Below are positions 45,380 through 61,818 of a stretch of 64,000 nt of DNA, in pieces; position 1 is the stretch's first letter; each line of letters opens with the position of its first letter. Source of the DNA: the human T2T-CHM13v2.0 reference genome, Homo sapiens; the NCBI RefSeq assembly GCF_009914755.1, contig NC_060927.1, one strand, 5' to 3'. Position numbers and translations under genes: made by a program. A model generated the notes under the pieces. That model did not search any database. It was not told where the DNA came from and saw nothing but the letters and a program-made list of their open reading frames with translations.

Positions 45380-48149
45380 TAAATATATATTTTATTCTGT
45401 ACATAAAATATCAAAGTACACCAGATATATATTCTATAGTGTACATAAAATAACAAAGTACACAAATTATAAATTATATACTGTACGTAAAATATGAAAT
45501 TACATCAAATATATACTAGGTACATAAAATATGAAAGTACATCAAATATAGATTATATACTGTACATATAATATCAATGTACCCCAAATATATATTTTAT
45601 ACTCTACATGAAATATCAAAGTTCACAAACCATACATTATATACTTTCCATAAAATATCAAAGTACCCATGGCATATATTCTATACTGTACAAAAGATAT
45701 CAAAGTACCCAAAGCATGTATTATATACTGTACATAAAATATGAAAGTACATCAAATATATATTTTATTCTGTACATAAAATATCAAAGTACACCACATA
45801 TATATTCTATAGTGTACATAAAATATCAAAGTACCCAAACTATATATTATATACAGTACATAAAATATGAAATTACATCAAATATGTATTATATTAGGTA
45901 CATAAAATATGAAAGAACATCAAATATAGATTATATACCGTACATAAAATATCAAAGTACCCCAAATATATATTATATACTATACATGAAATATCAAATA
46001 TCACAAACTATATATTATATACTGTACATAAAATATCAAAGTACCCAATGTATATATTCTATAGTGTACAAAAAATATCAAAGTACCCAAAGCATGTATT
46101 ATATACTGTACATAAAATATAAAAGTACATCAAATATATATTTTATTCTGTACATAAAATATGAAAGTACACCAGATATATATTCTATAGTGTACATAAA
46201 ATATGAAAGTACCCAAACTATACATTATATACTGTACATAAAATATGAAATTACATCAAATATATATTATATTAGGTACTTAAAATATGAAAGTACATCA
46301 AATATAGATTATATACTGTAAATATAATATCAATGTACCCCAAATATACATTTTATACTCTACATGAAATATCAAAGTTCACAAACCATATATTATATAC
46401 TGTACATAAAATATCAAAGTACCCAAGGTATATATTCTATACTGTACAAAAAATATCAAAGTACCCAAAGCATGTATTATATACTGTACATAAAATATGA
46501 AAGTACATCAAATATATATTTTATTCTGTACATAAAATATCAAAGTACACCAGATATATATTCTATAGTGTACATAAAATATCAAAGTACCCAAACTATA
46601 CATTATATACTGTACATAAAATATGAAATTACATCAAATATATATTATATTAGGTAAATGAAATATAAAAGTACATCAAATATAGATTATATACTGTACA
46701 TAAAATATGAAAGTACCCCAAATATATATTATATACTCTACATGAAATATCAAAGTTCACAAACTATATATTATATACTGTCCATAAAATATCAAAGTAC
46801 CCAAGGTATATATTTTATACTGTACAAAAAATATCAAAGTTCCCAAAGCATGTATTATATACTATACCTAAAATATGAAAGTACATCAAATATATATTTT
46901 ATTCTGTACATAAAATATCAAAGTACACCAGATATATATTCTACAGTGTATATAAAATATCAAAGTACCCAAACTATACATTATATACTGTACATGAAAT
47001 ATGAAATTACATCAAATATATATTATATTAGGTACATAAAATATGAAAGTACATGAAGTATAGATTATATACTGTACATAAAATATCAAAGTACCCCAAA
47101 TTTATATTATATACTATACATGAAATATCAAAGTTCACAAACTATATATTATATACTGTACATAAAATATCAAAGTACCCAAGGTATATATTCTATAGTG
47201 TACAAAAAATATCAAAGTACCCAAAGCATGTATTATATACCGTACGTAAAATATAAAATTACATCAAATATATATTTTATTCTGTACATAAAATATCAAA
47301 GTACACCAGATATATATACTATAGTGTACATAAAATATCAAAGTACCCAAACTATACATTATACACTGCACATAAAATATGAAATTACATCAAATATATA
47401 TTAGGTACATAAAATATGAAAGTACATCAAATATAGATTATATACTGTAAATATAATATCAATGTACCCCAAATATATATTTTATACTCTACATGAAATA
47501 TCAAAGTTCACAAACCATATATTATATACTGTACATAAAATATCAAAGTACCCAAGGTATATATTCTATACTGTACAAAAAATATCAAAGTACCCAAAGC
47601 ATGTATTATATACTGTACATAAAATATGAAAGTACATCAAATATATATTTTATTCTGTACATAAAATATCAAAGTACACCAGATATATATTCTATAGTGT
47701 ACATAAAATATCAAAGTACCCAAACTATACATTATATACTGTACATAAAATATGAAATTACATCAAATATATATTATATTAGGTACATGAAATTTGAAAG
47801 TACATCAAATATAGATTATATACTGTACATAAAATATGAAAGTACCCCAAATATATATTATATACTCTACATGAAATATCAAAGTTCACAAACTATATAT
47901 TATATACTGTACATAAAATATCAAAGTACCCAAGGTATATATTCTATACTGTACAAAAAATATCAAAGTATCCAAAGCATGTATTATATACTGTATATAA
48001 AATATGAAAGTACATCAAATATATATTTTATTCTGTACATAAAATATCAAAGTACACCAGATATATATTCTATAGTGTACATAAAATATCAAAGTACCCA
48101 AACTATACATTATATACTGTACATAAAATATGAAATTACATCAAATATA

Positions 48150-50465
48150 TATTATATTAGGTACATAAAATACGAAAGTACATCAAATATAGATTATATA
48201 CTGTACATAAAATATCAAAGTACCCCAATATATATTATATACTGTACATGAAATATCAAAGTTCACAAACTATATATTATGTACTGTACATAAAATATCA
48301 AAGTACCGAAGGTATATATTCTATACTGTACAAAAAATATCAAAGTACCCAAAGCATGTATTATATAATGTACATAAAATATGAAAGTACATCAAATATA
48401 TATTTTATTCTGTACATAAAATATCAAAGTACACCAGATATATATTCTATAGCGTACATAAAATATCAAAGTACACAAACTATACATTATATACTGTACA
48501 TAAAATATGAAATTACATCAAATATATATTATATTAGGTAAATGAAATATGAAAGTACATCAAATATAGATTATATACTGTACATAAAATATGAAAGTAC
48601 CCCAAATATATATTATATACTCTACATGAAATATCAAAGTTCACAAACTATATATTATATACTGTACATAAAATATCAAAGTACCCAAGGTATATATTCT
48701 ATACTGTACAAAAAATATCAAAGTATCCAAAGCATGTATTATATACTGTATATAAAATATGAAAGTACATCAAATATATATTTTATTCTGTACATAAAAT
48801 ATCAAAGTACACCAGATATATATTCTATAGCGTACATAAAATATCAAAGTACACAAACTATACATTATATACTGTACATAAAATATGAAATTACATCAAA
48901 TATATATTATATTAGGTACATAAAATATGAAAGTACATCAAATATAGATTATATACTGTACATATAATATCAATGTACCCCAAATATATATTTTATACTC
49001 TACATGAAATATCAAAGTTCACAAACCATATATTATATACTGTACATAAAATATCAAAGTACCCAAGGTATATATTCTATACTGTACAAAAAATATCAAA
49101 GTACCCAAAGCATGTATTATATACTGTACATAAAATATGAAAGTACATCAAATATATATTTTATTCTGTACATAAAATATCAAAGTACACCAGATATATA
49201 TTCTATAGTGTACATAAAATATCAAAGTACCCAAACTATACATTATATACTGTACATAAAATATGAAATTACATCAAATATATATAATATTAGGTAAATG
49301 AAATATGAAAGTACATCAAATATAGATTATATACTGTACATGAAATATGAAAGTACCCCAAATATATATTATATACTCTACATGAAATATCAAAGTTCAC
49401 AAACTATATATTATATACTGTACATAAAATATCAAAGTACCCAAGGTATATATTCTATACTGTACAAAAAATATCAAAGTATCCAAAGCATGTATTATAT
49501 ACTGTATATAAAATATGAAAGTACATCAAATATATATTTTATTCTGTACATAAAATATCAAAGTACACCAGATATATATTCTATAGTGTACATAAAATAT
49601 CAAAGTACCCAAACTATACATTATATACTGTACATAAAATATGAAATTACAGCAAATATATATTATATTAGGTACATAAAATATGAAAGTACATCAAATA
49701 TAGATTATATACTCTACATTAAATACCAAAGTACCCCAAATATATATTTTATACTGTACATGAAATATCAAAGTTCACAAACTATATATTATATACTGTA
49801 CATAAAATATCAATGTACCCAAGGTATATATTCTATACTGCACAAAAAATATCAAAGTACCCAAAGCATGTATTATATACTGTATATAAAATATGAAAGT
49901 ACATCAAATATATATTTTATTCTGTACATAAAATATCAAAGTACACCAGATATATATTCTATAGTGTACATAAAATATCAAAGTACCCAAACTATACATT
50001 ATATACTGTACATAAAATATGAAATTACATCAAATATATATTATATTAGGTACATAAAATACGAAAGTACATCAAATATAGATTATATACTGTACATAAA
50101 ATATGAAAGTACCCCAATATATATTATATACTCTACATGAAATATCAAAGTTCACAAACTATATATTATGTACTGTACATAAAATATCAAACTACCCAAG
50201 GTATATATTCTATACTGTACAAAAAATATCAAAGTACCCAAAGCATGTATTATATAATGTACATAAAATATGAAAGTACATCAAATATATATTTTATTCT
50301 GTACATAAAATATCAAAGAACACCAGATATATATTCTATAGTGTACATAAAATATCAAAGTACCCAAACTATACATTATATACTGTACATAAAATATGAA
50401 ATTACAGCAAATATATATTATATTAGGTACATAAAATATGAAAGTACATCAAATATAGATTATAT
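48150..50465 (+). repeat. Block duplicated at +11,724 bp (about 59875-62190)
   Basis: ORF pairs 48248/59972, 48542/60266, 49004/60728, 49298/61022 and 50137/61861. The variant gtaccgaagg was seen only at about 48303 and 60027. Confidence 0.82.
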
Positions 50466-53400
50466 ACTGTAAATATAATATCAATGTACCCCAAATATAT
50501 ATTTTATACTCTACATGAAATATCAAAGTTCACAAACCATATATTATATACTGTACATAAAATATCAAAGTACCCAAGGTATATATTCTATACTGTACAA
50601 AAAATATCAAAGTACCCAAAGCATGTATTATATACTGTACATAAAATATGAAAGTACATCAAATATATATTTTATTCTGTACATAAAATATCAAAGTACA
50701 CCAGATATATATTCTATAGTGTACATAAAATATCAAAGTACCCAAACTATACATTATATACTGTACATAAAATATGAAATTACATCAAATATATATTATA
50801 TTAGGTAAATGAAATATGAAAGTACATCAAATATAGATTATATACTGTACATAAAATATGAAAGTACCCCAAATATATATTATATACTCTACATGAAATA
50901 TCAAAGTTCACAAACTATATATTATATACTGTCCATAAAATATCAAAGTACCCAAGGTATATATTTTATACTGTACAAAAAATATCAAAGTACCCAAAGC
51001 ATGTATTATATACTATACCTAAAATATGAAAGTACATCAAATATATATTTTATTCTGTACATAAAATATCAAAGTACACCAGATATATATTCTAATGTGT
51101 ACATAAAATATCAAAGTACCCAAACTATACATTATACACTGCACATAAAATATGAAATTACATCAAATATATATTAGGTACATAAAATATGAAAGTACAT
51201 CAAATATAGATTATATACTGTAAATATAATATCAATGTACCCCAAATATATATTTTATACTCTACATGAAATATCAAAGTTCACAAACCATATATTATAT
51301 ACTGTACATAAAATATCAAAGTACCCAAGGTATATATTCTATACTGTACAAAAAATATCAAAGTACCCAAAGCATGTATTATATACTGTACATAAAATAT
51401 GAAAGTACATCAAATATATATTTTATTCTGTACATAAAATATCAAAGTACACCAGATATATATTCTATAGTGTACATAAAATATCAAAGTACCCAAACTA
51501 TACATTATATACTGTACATAAAATATGAAATTACATCAAATATATATTATATTAGGTAAATGAAATATGAAAGTACATCAAATATAGATTATATACTGTA
51601 CATAAAATATGAAAGTACCCCAAATATATATTATATACTCTACATGAAATATCAAAGTTCACAAACTATATATTATATACTGTCCATAAAATATCAAAGT
51701 ACCCCAGGTATATATTTTATACTGTACAAAAAATATCAAAGTACCCAAAGCATGTATTATATACTATACCTAAAATATGAAAGTACATCAAATATATATT
51801 TTATTCTGTACATAAAATATCAAAGTACACCAGATATATATACTATAGTGTACATAAAATATCAAAGTACCCAAACTATACATTATACACTGCACATAAA
51901 ATATGAAATTACATCAAATATATATTAGGTACATAAAATATGAAAGTACATCAAATATAGATTATATACTGTAAATATAATATCAATGTACCCCAAATAT
52001 ATATTTTATACTCTACATGAAATATCAAAGTTCACAAACCATATATTATATACTGTACATAAAATATCAAAGTACCCAAGGTATATATTCTATACTGTAC
52101 AAAAAATATCAAAGTACCCAAAGCATGTATTATATACTGTACATAAAATATGAAAGTACATCAAATATATATTTTATTCTGTACATAAAATATCAAAGTA
52201 CACCAGATATATATTCTATAGTGTACATAAAATAACAAAGTACACAAACTATAAATTATATCCTGTACATAAAATATGAAATTACATCAAATATATATTA
52301 GGTACATAAAATATGAAAGTACATCAAATATAGATTATATACTGTACATTAAGTGCCAAAGTACACCAAATATATATTTTATTCTGTACATAAAATATCA
52401 AAGTACACCAGATATATATTCTATAGTGTACATAAAATATCAAAGTACCCAAACTATACATTATATACTGTACATAAAATATGAAATTACAGCAAATATA
52501 TATTATATTAGGTACATAAAATATGAAAGTACATCAAATATAGATTATATACTCTACATTAAATACCAAAGTACCCCAAATATATATTTTATACTGTACA
52601 TGAAATATCAAAGTTCACAAACTATATATTATATACTGTACATAAAATATCAATGTACCCAAGGTATATATTCTATACTGCACAAAAAATATCAAAGTAC
52701 CCAAAGCATGTATTATATACTGTATATAAAATATGAAAGTACATCAAATATATATTTTATTCTGTACATAAAATATCAAAGTACACCAGATATATATTCT
52801 ATAGTGTACATAAAATATCAAAGTACCCAAACTATACATTATATACTGTACATAAAATATGAAATTACATCAAATATATATTATATTAGGTACATAAAAT
52901 ACGAAAGTACATCAAATATAGATTATATACTGTACATAAAATATGAAAGTACCCCAATATATATTATATACTCTACATGAAATATCAAAGTTCACAAACT
53001 ATATATTATGTACTGTACATAAAATATCAAACTACCCAAGGTATATATTCTATACTGTACAAAAAATATCAAAGTACCCAAAGCATGTATTATATAATGT
53101 ACATAAAATATGAAAGTACATCAAATATATATTTTATTCTGTACATAAAATATCAAAGAACACCAGATATATATTCTATAGTGTACATAAAATATCAAAG
53201 TACCCAAACTATACATTATATACTGTACATAAAATATGAAATTACCTCAAATATATATTATATTAGGTACATAAAATATGAAAGTACATCAAATATAGAT
53301 TATATACTGTAAATATAATATCAATGTACCCCAAATATATATTTTATACTCTACATGAAATATCAAAGTTCACAAACCATATATTATATACTGTACATAA

Positions 53401-56400
53401 AATATCAAAGTACCCAAGGTATATATTCTATACTGTACAAAAAATATCAAAGTACCCAAAGCATGTATTATATACTGTATATAAAATATGAAAGTACATC
53501 AAATATATATTTAATTCTGTACATAAAATATCAAAGTACACCAGATATATATTCTATAGTGTACATAAAATATCAAAGTACCCAAACTATACATTATATA
53601 CTGTACATAAAATATGAAATTACAGCAAATATATATTATATTAGGTACATAAAATATGAAAGTACATCAAATATAGATTATATACTGTACATTAAATACC
53701 AAAGTACCCCAAATATATATTTTATACTGTACATGAAATATCAAAGTTCACAAACTATATATTATATACTGTACATAAAATATCAATGTACCCAAGGTAT
53801 ATATTCTATACTGCACAAAAAATATCAAAGTACCCAAAGCATGTATTATATACTGTATATAAAATAGGAAAGTACATCAAATATATATTTTATTCTGTAC
53901 ATAAAATATCAAAGTACACCAGATATATATTCTATAGTGTACATAAAATATCAAAGTACCCAAACTATACATTATATACTGTACATAAAATATGAAATTA
54001 CATCAAATATATATTATATTAGGTACATAAAATACGAAAGTACATCAAATATAGATTATATACTGTACATAAAATATGAAAGTACCCCAATATATATTAT
54101 ATACTCTACATGAAATATCAAAGTTCACAAACTATATATTATGTACTGTACATAAAATATCAAACTACCCAAGGTATATATTCTATACTGTACAAAAAAT
54201 ATCAAAGTACCCAAAGCATGTATTATATAATGTACATAAAATATGAAAGTACATCAAATATATATTTTATTCTGTACATAAAATATCAAAGAACACCAGA
54301 TATATATTCTATAGTGTACATAAAATATCAAAGTACCCAAACTATACATTATATACTGTACATAAAATATGAAATTACAGCAAATATATATTATATTAGG
54401 TACATAAAATATGAAAGTACATCAAATATAGATTATATACTGTAAATATAATATCAATGTACCCCAAATATATATTTTATACTCTACATGAAATATCAAA
54501 GTTCACAAACCATATATTATATACTGTACATAAAATATCAAAGTACCCAAGGTATATATTCTCTACTGTACAAAAAATATCAAAGTACCCAAAGCATGTA
54601 TTATATACTGTACATAAAATATGAAAGTACATCAAATATATATTTTATTCTGTACATAAAATATCAAAGTACACCAGATATATATTCTATAGTGTACATA
54701 AAATATCAAAGTACCCAAACTATACATTATATACTGTACATAAAATATGAAATTACATCAAATATATATTATATTAGGTAAATGAAATATGAAAGTACAT
54801 CAAATATAGATTATATACTGTACATAAAATATGAAAGTACCCCAAATATATATTATATACTCTACATGAAATATCAAAGTTCACAAACTATATATTATAT
54901 ACTGTCCATAAAATATCAAAGTACCCCAGGTATATATTTTATACTGTACAAAAAATATCAAAGTACCCAAAGCATGTATTATATACTATACCTAAAATAT
55001 GAAAGTACATCAAATATATATTTTATTCTGTACATAAAATATCAAAGTACACCAGATATATATACTATAGTGTACATAAAATATCAAAGTACCCAAACTA
55101 TACATTATACACTGCACATAAAATATGAAATTACATCAAATATATATTAGGTACATAAAATATGAAAGTACATCAAATATAGATTATATACTGTAAATAT
55201 AATATCAATGTACCCCAAATATATATTTTATACTCTACATGAAATATCAAAGTTCACAAACCATATATTATATACTGTACATAAAATATCAAAGTACCCA
55301 AGGTATATATTCTATACTGTACAAAAAATATCAAAGTACCCAAAGCATGTATTATATACTGTACATAAAATATGAAAGTACATCAAATATATATTTTATT
55401 CTGTACATAAAATATCAAAGTACACCAGATATATATTCTATAGTGTACATAAAATATCAAAGTACCCAAACTATACATTATATACTGTACATAAAATATG
55501 AAATTACATCAAATATATATTATATTAGGTAAATGAAATATGAAAGTACATCAAATATAGATTATATACTGTACATAAAATATGAAAGTACCCCAAATAT
55601 ATATTATATACTCTACATGAAATATCAAAGTTCACAAACTATATATTATATACTGTCCATAAAATATCAAAGTACCCCAGGTATATATTTTATACTGTAC
55701 AAAAAATATCAAAGTACCCAAAGCATGTATTATATACTATACCTAAAATATGAAAGTACATCAAATATATATTTTATTCTGTACATAAAATATCAAAGTA
55801 CACCAGATATATATACTATAGTGTACATAAAATATCAAAGTACCCAAACTATACATTATACACTGCACATAAAATATGAAATTACATCAAATATATATTA
55901 GGTACATAAAATATGAAAGTACATCAAATATAGATTATATACTGTAAATATAATATCAATGTACCCCAAATATATATTTTATACTCTACATGAAATATCA
56001 AAGTTCACAAACCATATATTATATACTGTACATAAAATATCAAAGTACCCAAGGTATATATTCTATACTGTACAAAAAATATCAAAGTACCCAAAGCATG
56101 TATTATATACTGTACATAAAATATGAAAGTACATCAAATATATATTTTATTCTGTACATAAAATATCAAAGTACACCAGATATATATTCTATAGTGTACA
56201 TAAAATAACAAAGTACACAAACTATAAATTATATCCTGTACATAAAATATGAAATTACATCAAATATATATTAGGTACATAAAATATGAAAGTACATCAA
56301 ATATAGATTATATACTGTACATTAAGTGCCAAAGTACACCAAATATATATTTTATTCTGTACATAAAATATCAAAGTACACCAGATATATATTCTATAGT

Positions 56401-57060
56401 GTACATAAAATATCAAAGTACCCAAACTATACATTATATACTGTACATAAAATATGAAATTACATCAAATATATATTATATTAGGTACATAAAATACGAA
56501 AGTACATCAAATATAGATTATATACTGTACATAAAATATGAAAGTACCCCAATATATATTATATACTCTACATGAAATATCAAAGTTCACAAACTATATA
56601 TTATGTACTGTACATAAAATATCAAACTACCCAAGGTATATATTCTATACTGTACAAAAAATATCAAAGTACCCAAAGCATGTATTATATAATGTACATA
56701 AAATATGAAAGTACATCAAATATATATTTTATTCTGTACATAAAATATCAAAGAACACCAGATATATATTCTATAGTGTACATAAAATATCAAAGTACCC
56801 AAACTATACATTATATACTGTACATAAAATATGAAATTACCTCAAATATATATTATATTAGGTACATAAAATATGAAAGTACATCAAATATAGATTATAT
56901 ACTGTAAATATAATATCAATGTACCCCAAATATATATTTTATACTCTACATGAAATATCAAAGTTCACAAACCATATATTATATACTGTACATAAAATAT
57001 CAAAGTACCCAAGGTATATATTCTATACTGTACAAAAAATATCAAAGTACCCAAAGCATG
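49500..57060 (+). repeat. Tandem duplication with 3973-bp period (second copy lacks one 378-bp HOR), containing an internal 751-bp (378+373) tandem
   Basis: ORF pairs 50137/54110, 50515/54488, 51266/55239, 52017/55990 and 52276/56249 have offset 3973. Pair 52977/56572 has offset 3595 = 3973-378. Pairs 50515/51266 and 54488/55239 have offset 751. Shared private variants aagtgcc and ttacctc. Confidence 0.85.
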
Positions 57061-57284
57061 TATTATATACTGTACATAAAATATGAAAGTACATCAAATA
57101 TATATTTTATTCTGTACATAAAATATCAAAGTACACCAGATATATATTCTATAGTGTACATAAAATATCAAAGTACCCAAACTATACATTATATACTGTA
57201 CATAAAATATGAAATTACATCAAATATATATTATATTAGGTACATAAAATATGAAAGTACATCAAATATAGATTATATACTGTA

Positions 57285-60200
57285 AATATAATATCAATGT
57301 ACCCCAAATATATATTTTATACTCTACATGAAATATCAAAGTTCACAAACCATATATTATATACTGTACATAAAATATCAAAGTACCCAAGGTATATATT
57401 CTATACTGTACAAAAAATATCAAAGTACCCAAAGCATGTATTATATACTATACCTAAAATATGAAAGTACATCAAATATATATTTTATTCTGTACATAAA
57501 ATATCAAAGTACACCAGATATATATTCTACAGTGTACATAAAATATCAAAGTACCCAAACTATACATTATATACTGTACATAAAATATGAAATTACATCA
57601 AATATATATTATATTAGGTACATAAAATACGAAAGTACATCAAATATAGATTATATACTGTACATAAAATATCAAAGTACCCCAATATATATTATATACT
57701 GTACATGAAATATCAAAGTTCACAAACTATATATTATGTACTGTACATAAAATATCAAAGTACCCAAGGTATATATTCTATACTGTACAAAAAATATCAA
57801 AGTACCCAAAGCGTGTATTATATAATGTACATAAAATATGAAAGTACATCAAATATATATTTTATTCTGTACATAAAATATCAAAGTACACCAGATATAT
57901 ATTCTATAGCGTACATAAAATATCAAAGTACACAAACTATACATTATATACTGTACATAAAATATGAAATTACATCAAATATATATTATATTAGGTAAAT
58001 GAAATATGAAAGTACATCAAATATAGATTATATACTGTACATAAAATATGAAAGTACCCCAAATATATATTATATACTCTACATGAAATATCAAAGTTCA
58101 CAAACTATATATTATATACTGTACATAAAATATCAAAGTACCCAAGGTATATATTCTATACTGTACAAAAAATATCAAAGTATCCAAAGCATGTATTATA
58201 TACTGTATATAAAATATGAAAGTACATCAAATATATATTTTATTCTGTACATAAAATATCAAAGTACACCAGATATATATTCTATAGCGTACATAAAATA
58301 TCAAAGTACACAAACTGTACATTATATACTGTACATAAAATATGAAATTACATCAAATATATATTATATTAGGTACATAAAATATGAAAGTACATCAAAT
58401 ATAGATTATATACTGTAAATATAATATCAATGTACCCCAAATATATATTTTATACTCTACATGAAATATCAAAGTTCACAAACCATATATTATATACTGT
58501 ACATAAAATATCAAAGTACCCAAGGTATATATTCTAAACTGTACAAAAAATATCAAAGTACCCAAAGCATGTATTATATACTGTACATAAAATATGAAAG
58601 TACATCAAATATATATTTTATTCTGTACATAAAATATCAAAGTACACCAGATATATATTCTATAGTGTACATAAAATATCAAAGTACCCAAACTATACAT
58701 TATATACTGTACATAAAATATGAAATTACATCAAATATATATTATATTAGGTAAATGAAATATGAAAGTACATCAAATATAGATTATATACTGTACATAA
58801 AATATGAAAGTACCCCAAATATATATTATATACTCTACATGAAATATCAAAGTTCACAAACTATATATTATATACTGTACATAAAATATCAAAGTACCCA
58901 AGGTATATATTCTATACTGTACAAAAAATATCAAAGTATCCAAAGCATGTATTATATACTGTATATAAAATATGAAAGTACATCAAATATATATTTTATT
59001 CTGTACATAAAATATCAAAGTACACCAGATATATATTCTATAGTGTACATAAAATATCAAAGTACCCAAACTATACATTATATACTGTACATAAAATATG
59101 AAATTACAGCAAATATATATTATATTAGGTACATAAAATATGAAAGTACATCAAATATAGATTATATACTCTACATTAAATACCAAAGTACCCCAAATAT
59201 ATATTTTATACTGTACATGAAATATCAAAGTTCACAAACTATATATTATATACTGTACATAAAATATCAATGTACCCAAGGTATATATTCTATACTGCAC
59301 AAAAAATATCAAAGTACCCAAAGCATGTATTATATACTGTATATAAAATATGAAAGTACATCAAATATATATTTTATTCTGTACATAAAATATCAAAGTA
59401 CACCAGATATATATTCTATAGTGTACATAAAATATCAAAGTACCCAAACTATACATTATATACTGTACATAAAATATGAAATTACATCAAATATATATTA
59501 TATTAGGTACATAAAATACGAAAGTACATCAAATATAGATTATATACTGTAAATATAATATCAATGTACCCCAAATATATATTTTATACTCTACATGAAA
59601 TATCAAAGTTCACAAACCATATATTATATACTGTACATAAAATATCAAAGTACCCAAGGTATATATTCTATACTGTAGAAAAAATATCAAAGTACCCAAA
59701 GCATGTATTATATACTATACCTAAAATATGAAAGTACATCAAATATATATTTTATTCTGTACATAAAATATCAAAGTACACCAGATATATATTCTACAGT
59801 GTACATAAAATATCAAAGTACCCAAACTATACATTATATACTGTACATAAAATATGAAATTACATCAAATATATATTATATTAGGTACATAAAATATGAA
59901 AGTACATCAAATATAGATTATATACTGTACATAAAATATCAAAGTACCCCAATATATATTATATACTGTACATGAAATATCAAAGTTCACAAACTATATA
60001 TTATGTACTGTACATAAAATATCAAAGTACCGAAGGTATATATTCTATACTGTACAAAAAATATCAAAGTACCCAAAGCATGTATTATATAATGTACATA
60101 AAATATGAAAGTACATCAAATATATATTTTATTCTGTACATAAAATATCAAAGTACACCAGATATATATTCTATAGCGTACATAAAATATCAAAGTACAC

Positions 60201-61818
60201 AAACTATACATTATATACTGTACATAAAATATGAAATTACATCAAATATATATTATATTAGGTAAATGAAATATGAAAGTACATCAAATATAGATTATAT
60301 ACTGTACATAAAATATGAAAGTACCCCAAATATATATTATATACTCTACATGAAATATCAAAGTTCACAAACTATATATTATATACTGTACATAAAATAT
60401 CAAAGTACCCAAGGTATATATTCTATACTGTACAAAAAATATCAAAGTATCCAAAGCATGTATTATATACTGTGTATAAAATATGAAAGTACATCAAATA
60501 TATATTTTATTCTGTACATAAAATATCAAAGTACACCAGATATATATTCTATAGCGTACATAAAATATCAAAGTACACAAACTATACATTATATACTGTA
60601 CATAAAATATGAAATTACATCAAATATATATTATATTAGGTACATAAAATATGAAAGTACATCAAATATAGATTATATACTGTACATATAATATCAATGT
60701 ACCCCAAATATATATTTTATACTCTACATGAAATATCAAAGTTCACAAACCATATATTATATACTGTACATAAAATATCAAAGTACCCAAGGTATATATT
60801 CTATACTGTACAAAAAATATCAAAGTACCCAAAGCATGTATTATATACTGTACATAAAATATGAAAGTACATCAAATATATATTTTATTCTGTACATAAA
60901 GTATCAAAGTACACCAGATATATATTCTATAGTGTACATAAAATATCAAAGTACCCAAACTATACATTATATACTGTACATAAAATATGAAATTACATCA
61001 AATATATATTATATTAGGTAAATGAAATATGAAAGTACATCAAATATAGATTATATACTGTACATAAAATATGAAAGTACCCCAAATATATATTATATAC
61101 TCTACATGAAATATCAAAGTTCACAAACTATATATTATATACTGTACATAAAATATCAAAGTACCCAAGGTATATATTCTATACTGTACAAAAAATATCA
61201 AAGTATCCAAAGCATGTATTATATACTGTATATAAAATATGAAAGTACATCAAATATATATTTTATTCTGTACATAAAATATCAAAGTACACCAGATATA
61301 TATTCTATAGTGTACATAAAATATCAAAGTACCCAAACTATACATTATATACTGTACATAAAATATGAAATTACAGCAAATATATATTATATTAGGTACA
61401 TAAAATATGAAAGTACATCAAATATAGATTATATACTCTACATTAAATACCAAAGTACCCCAAATATATATTTTATACTGTACATGAAATATCAAAGTTC
61501 ACAAACTATATATTATATACTGTACATAAAATATCAATGTACCCAAGGTATATATTCTATACTGCACAAAAAATATCAAAGTACCCAAAGCATGTATTAT
61601 ATACTGTATATAAAATATGAAAGTACATCAAATATATATTTTATTCTGTACATAAAATATCAAAGTACACCAGATATATATTCAATAGTGTACATAAAAT
61701 ATCAAAGTACCCAAACTATACATTATATACTGTACATAAAATATGAAATTACATCAAATATATATTATCTTAGGTACATAAAATACGAAAGTACATCAAA
61801 TATAGATTATATACTGTA
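57285..61818 (+). repeat. Tandem duplication with 2267-bp period (6 HORs minus 1 bp)
   Basis: ORF pairs 57705/59972, 57999/60266, 58461/60728 and 58755/61022 all have offset 2267. Confidence 0.85.
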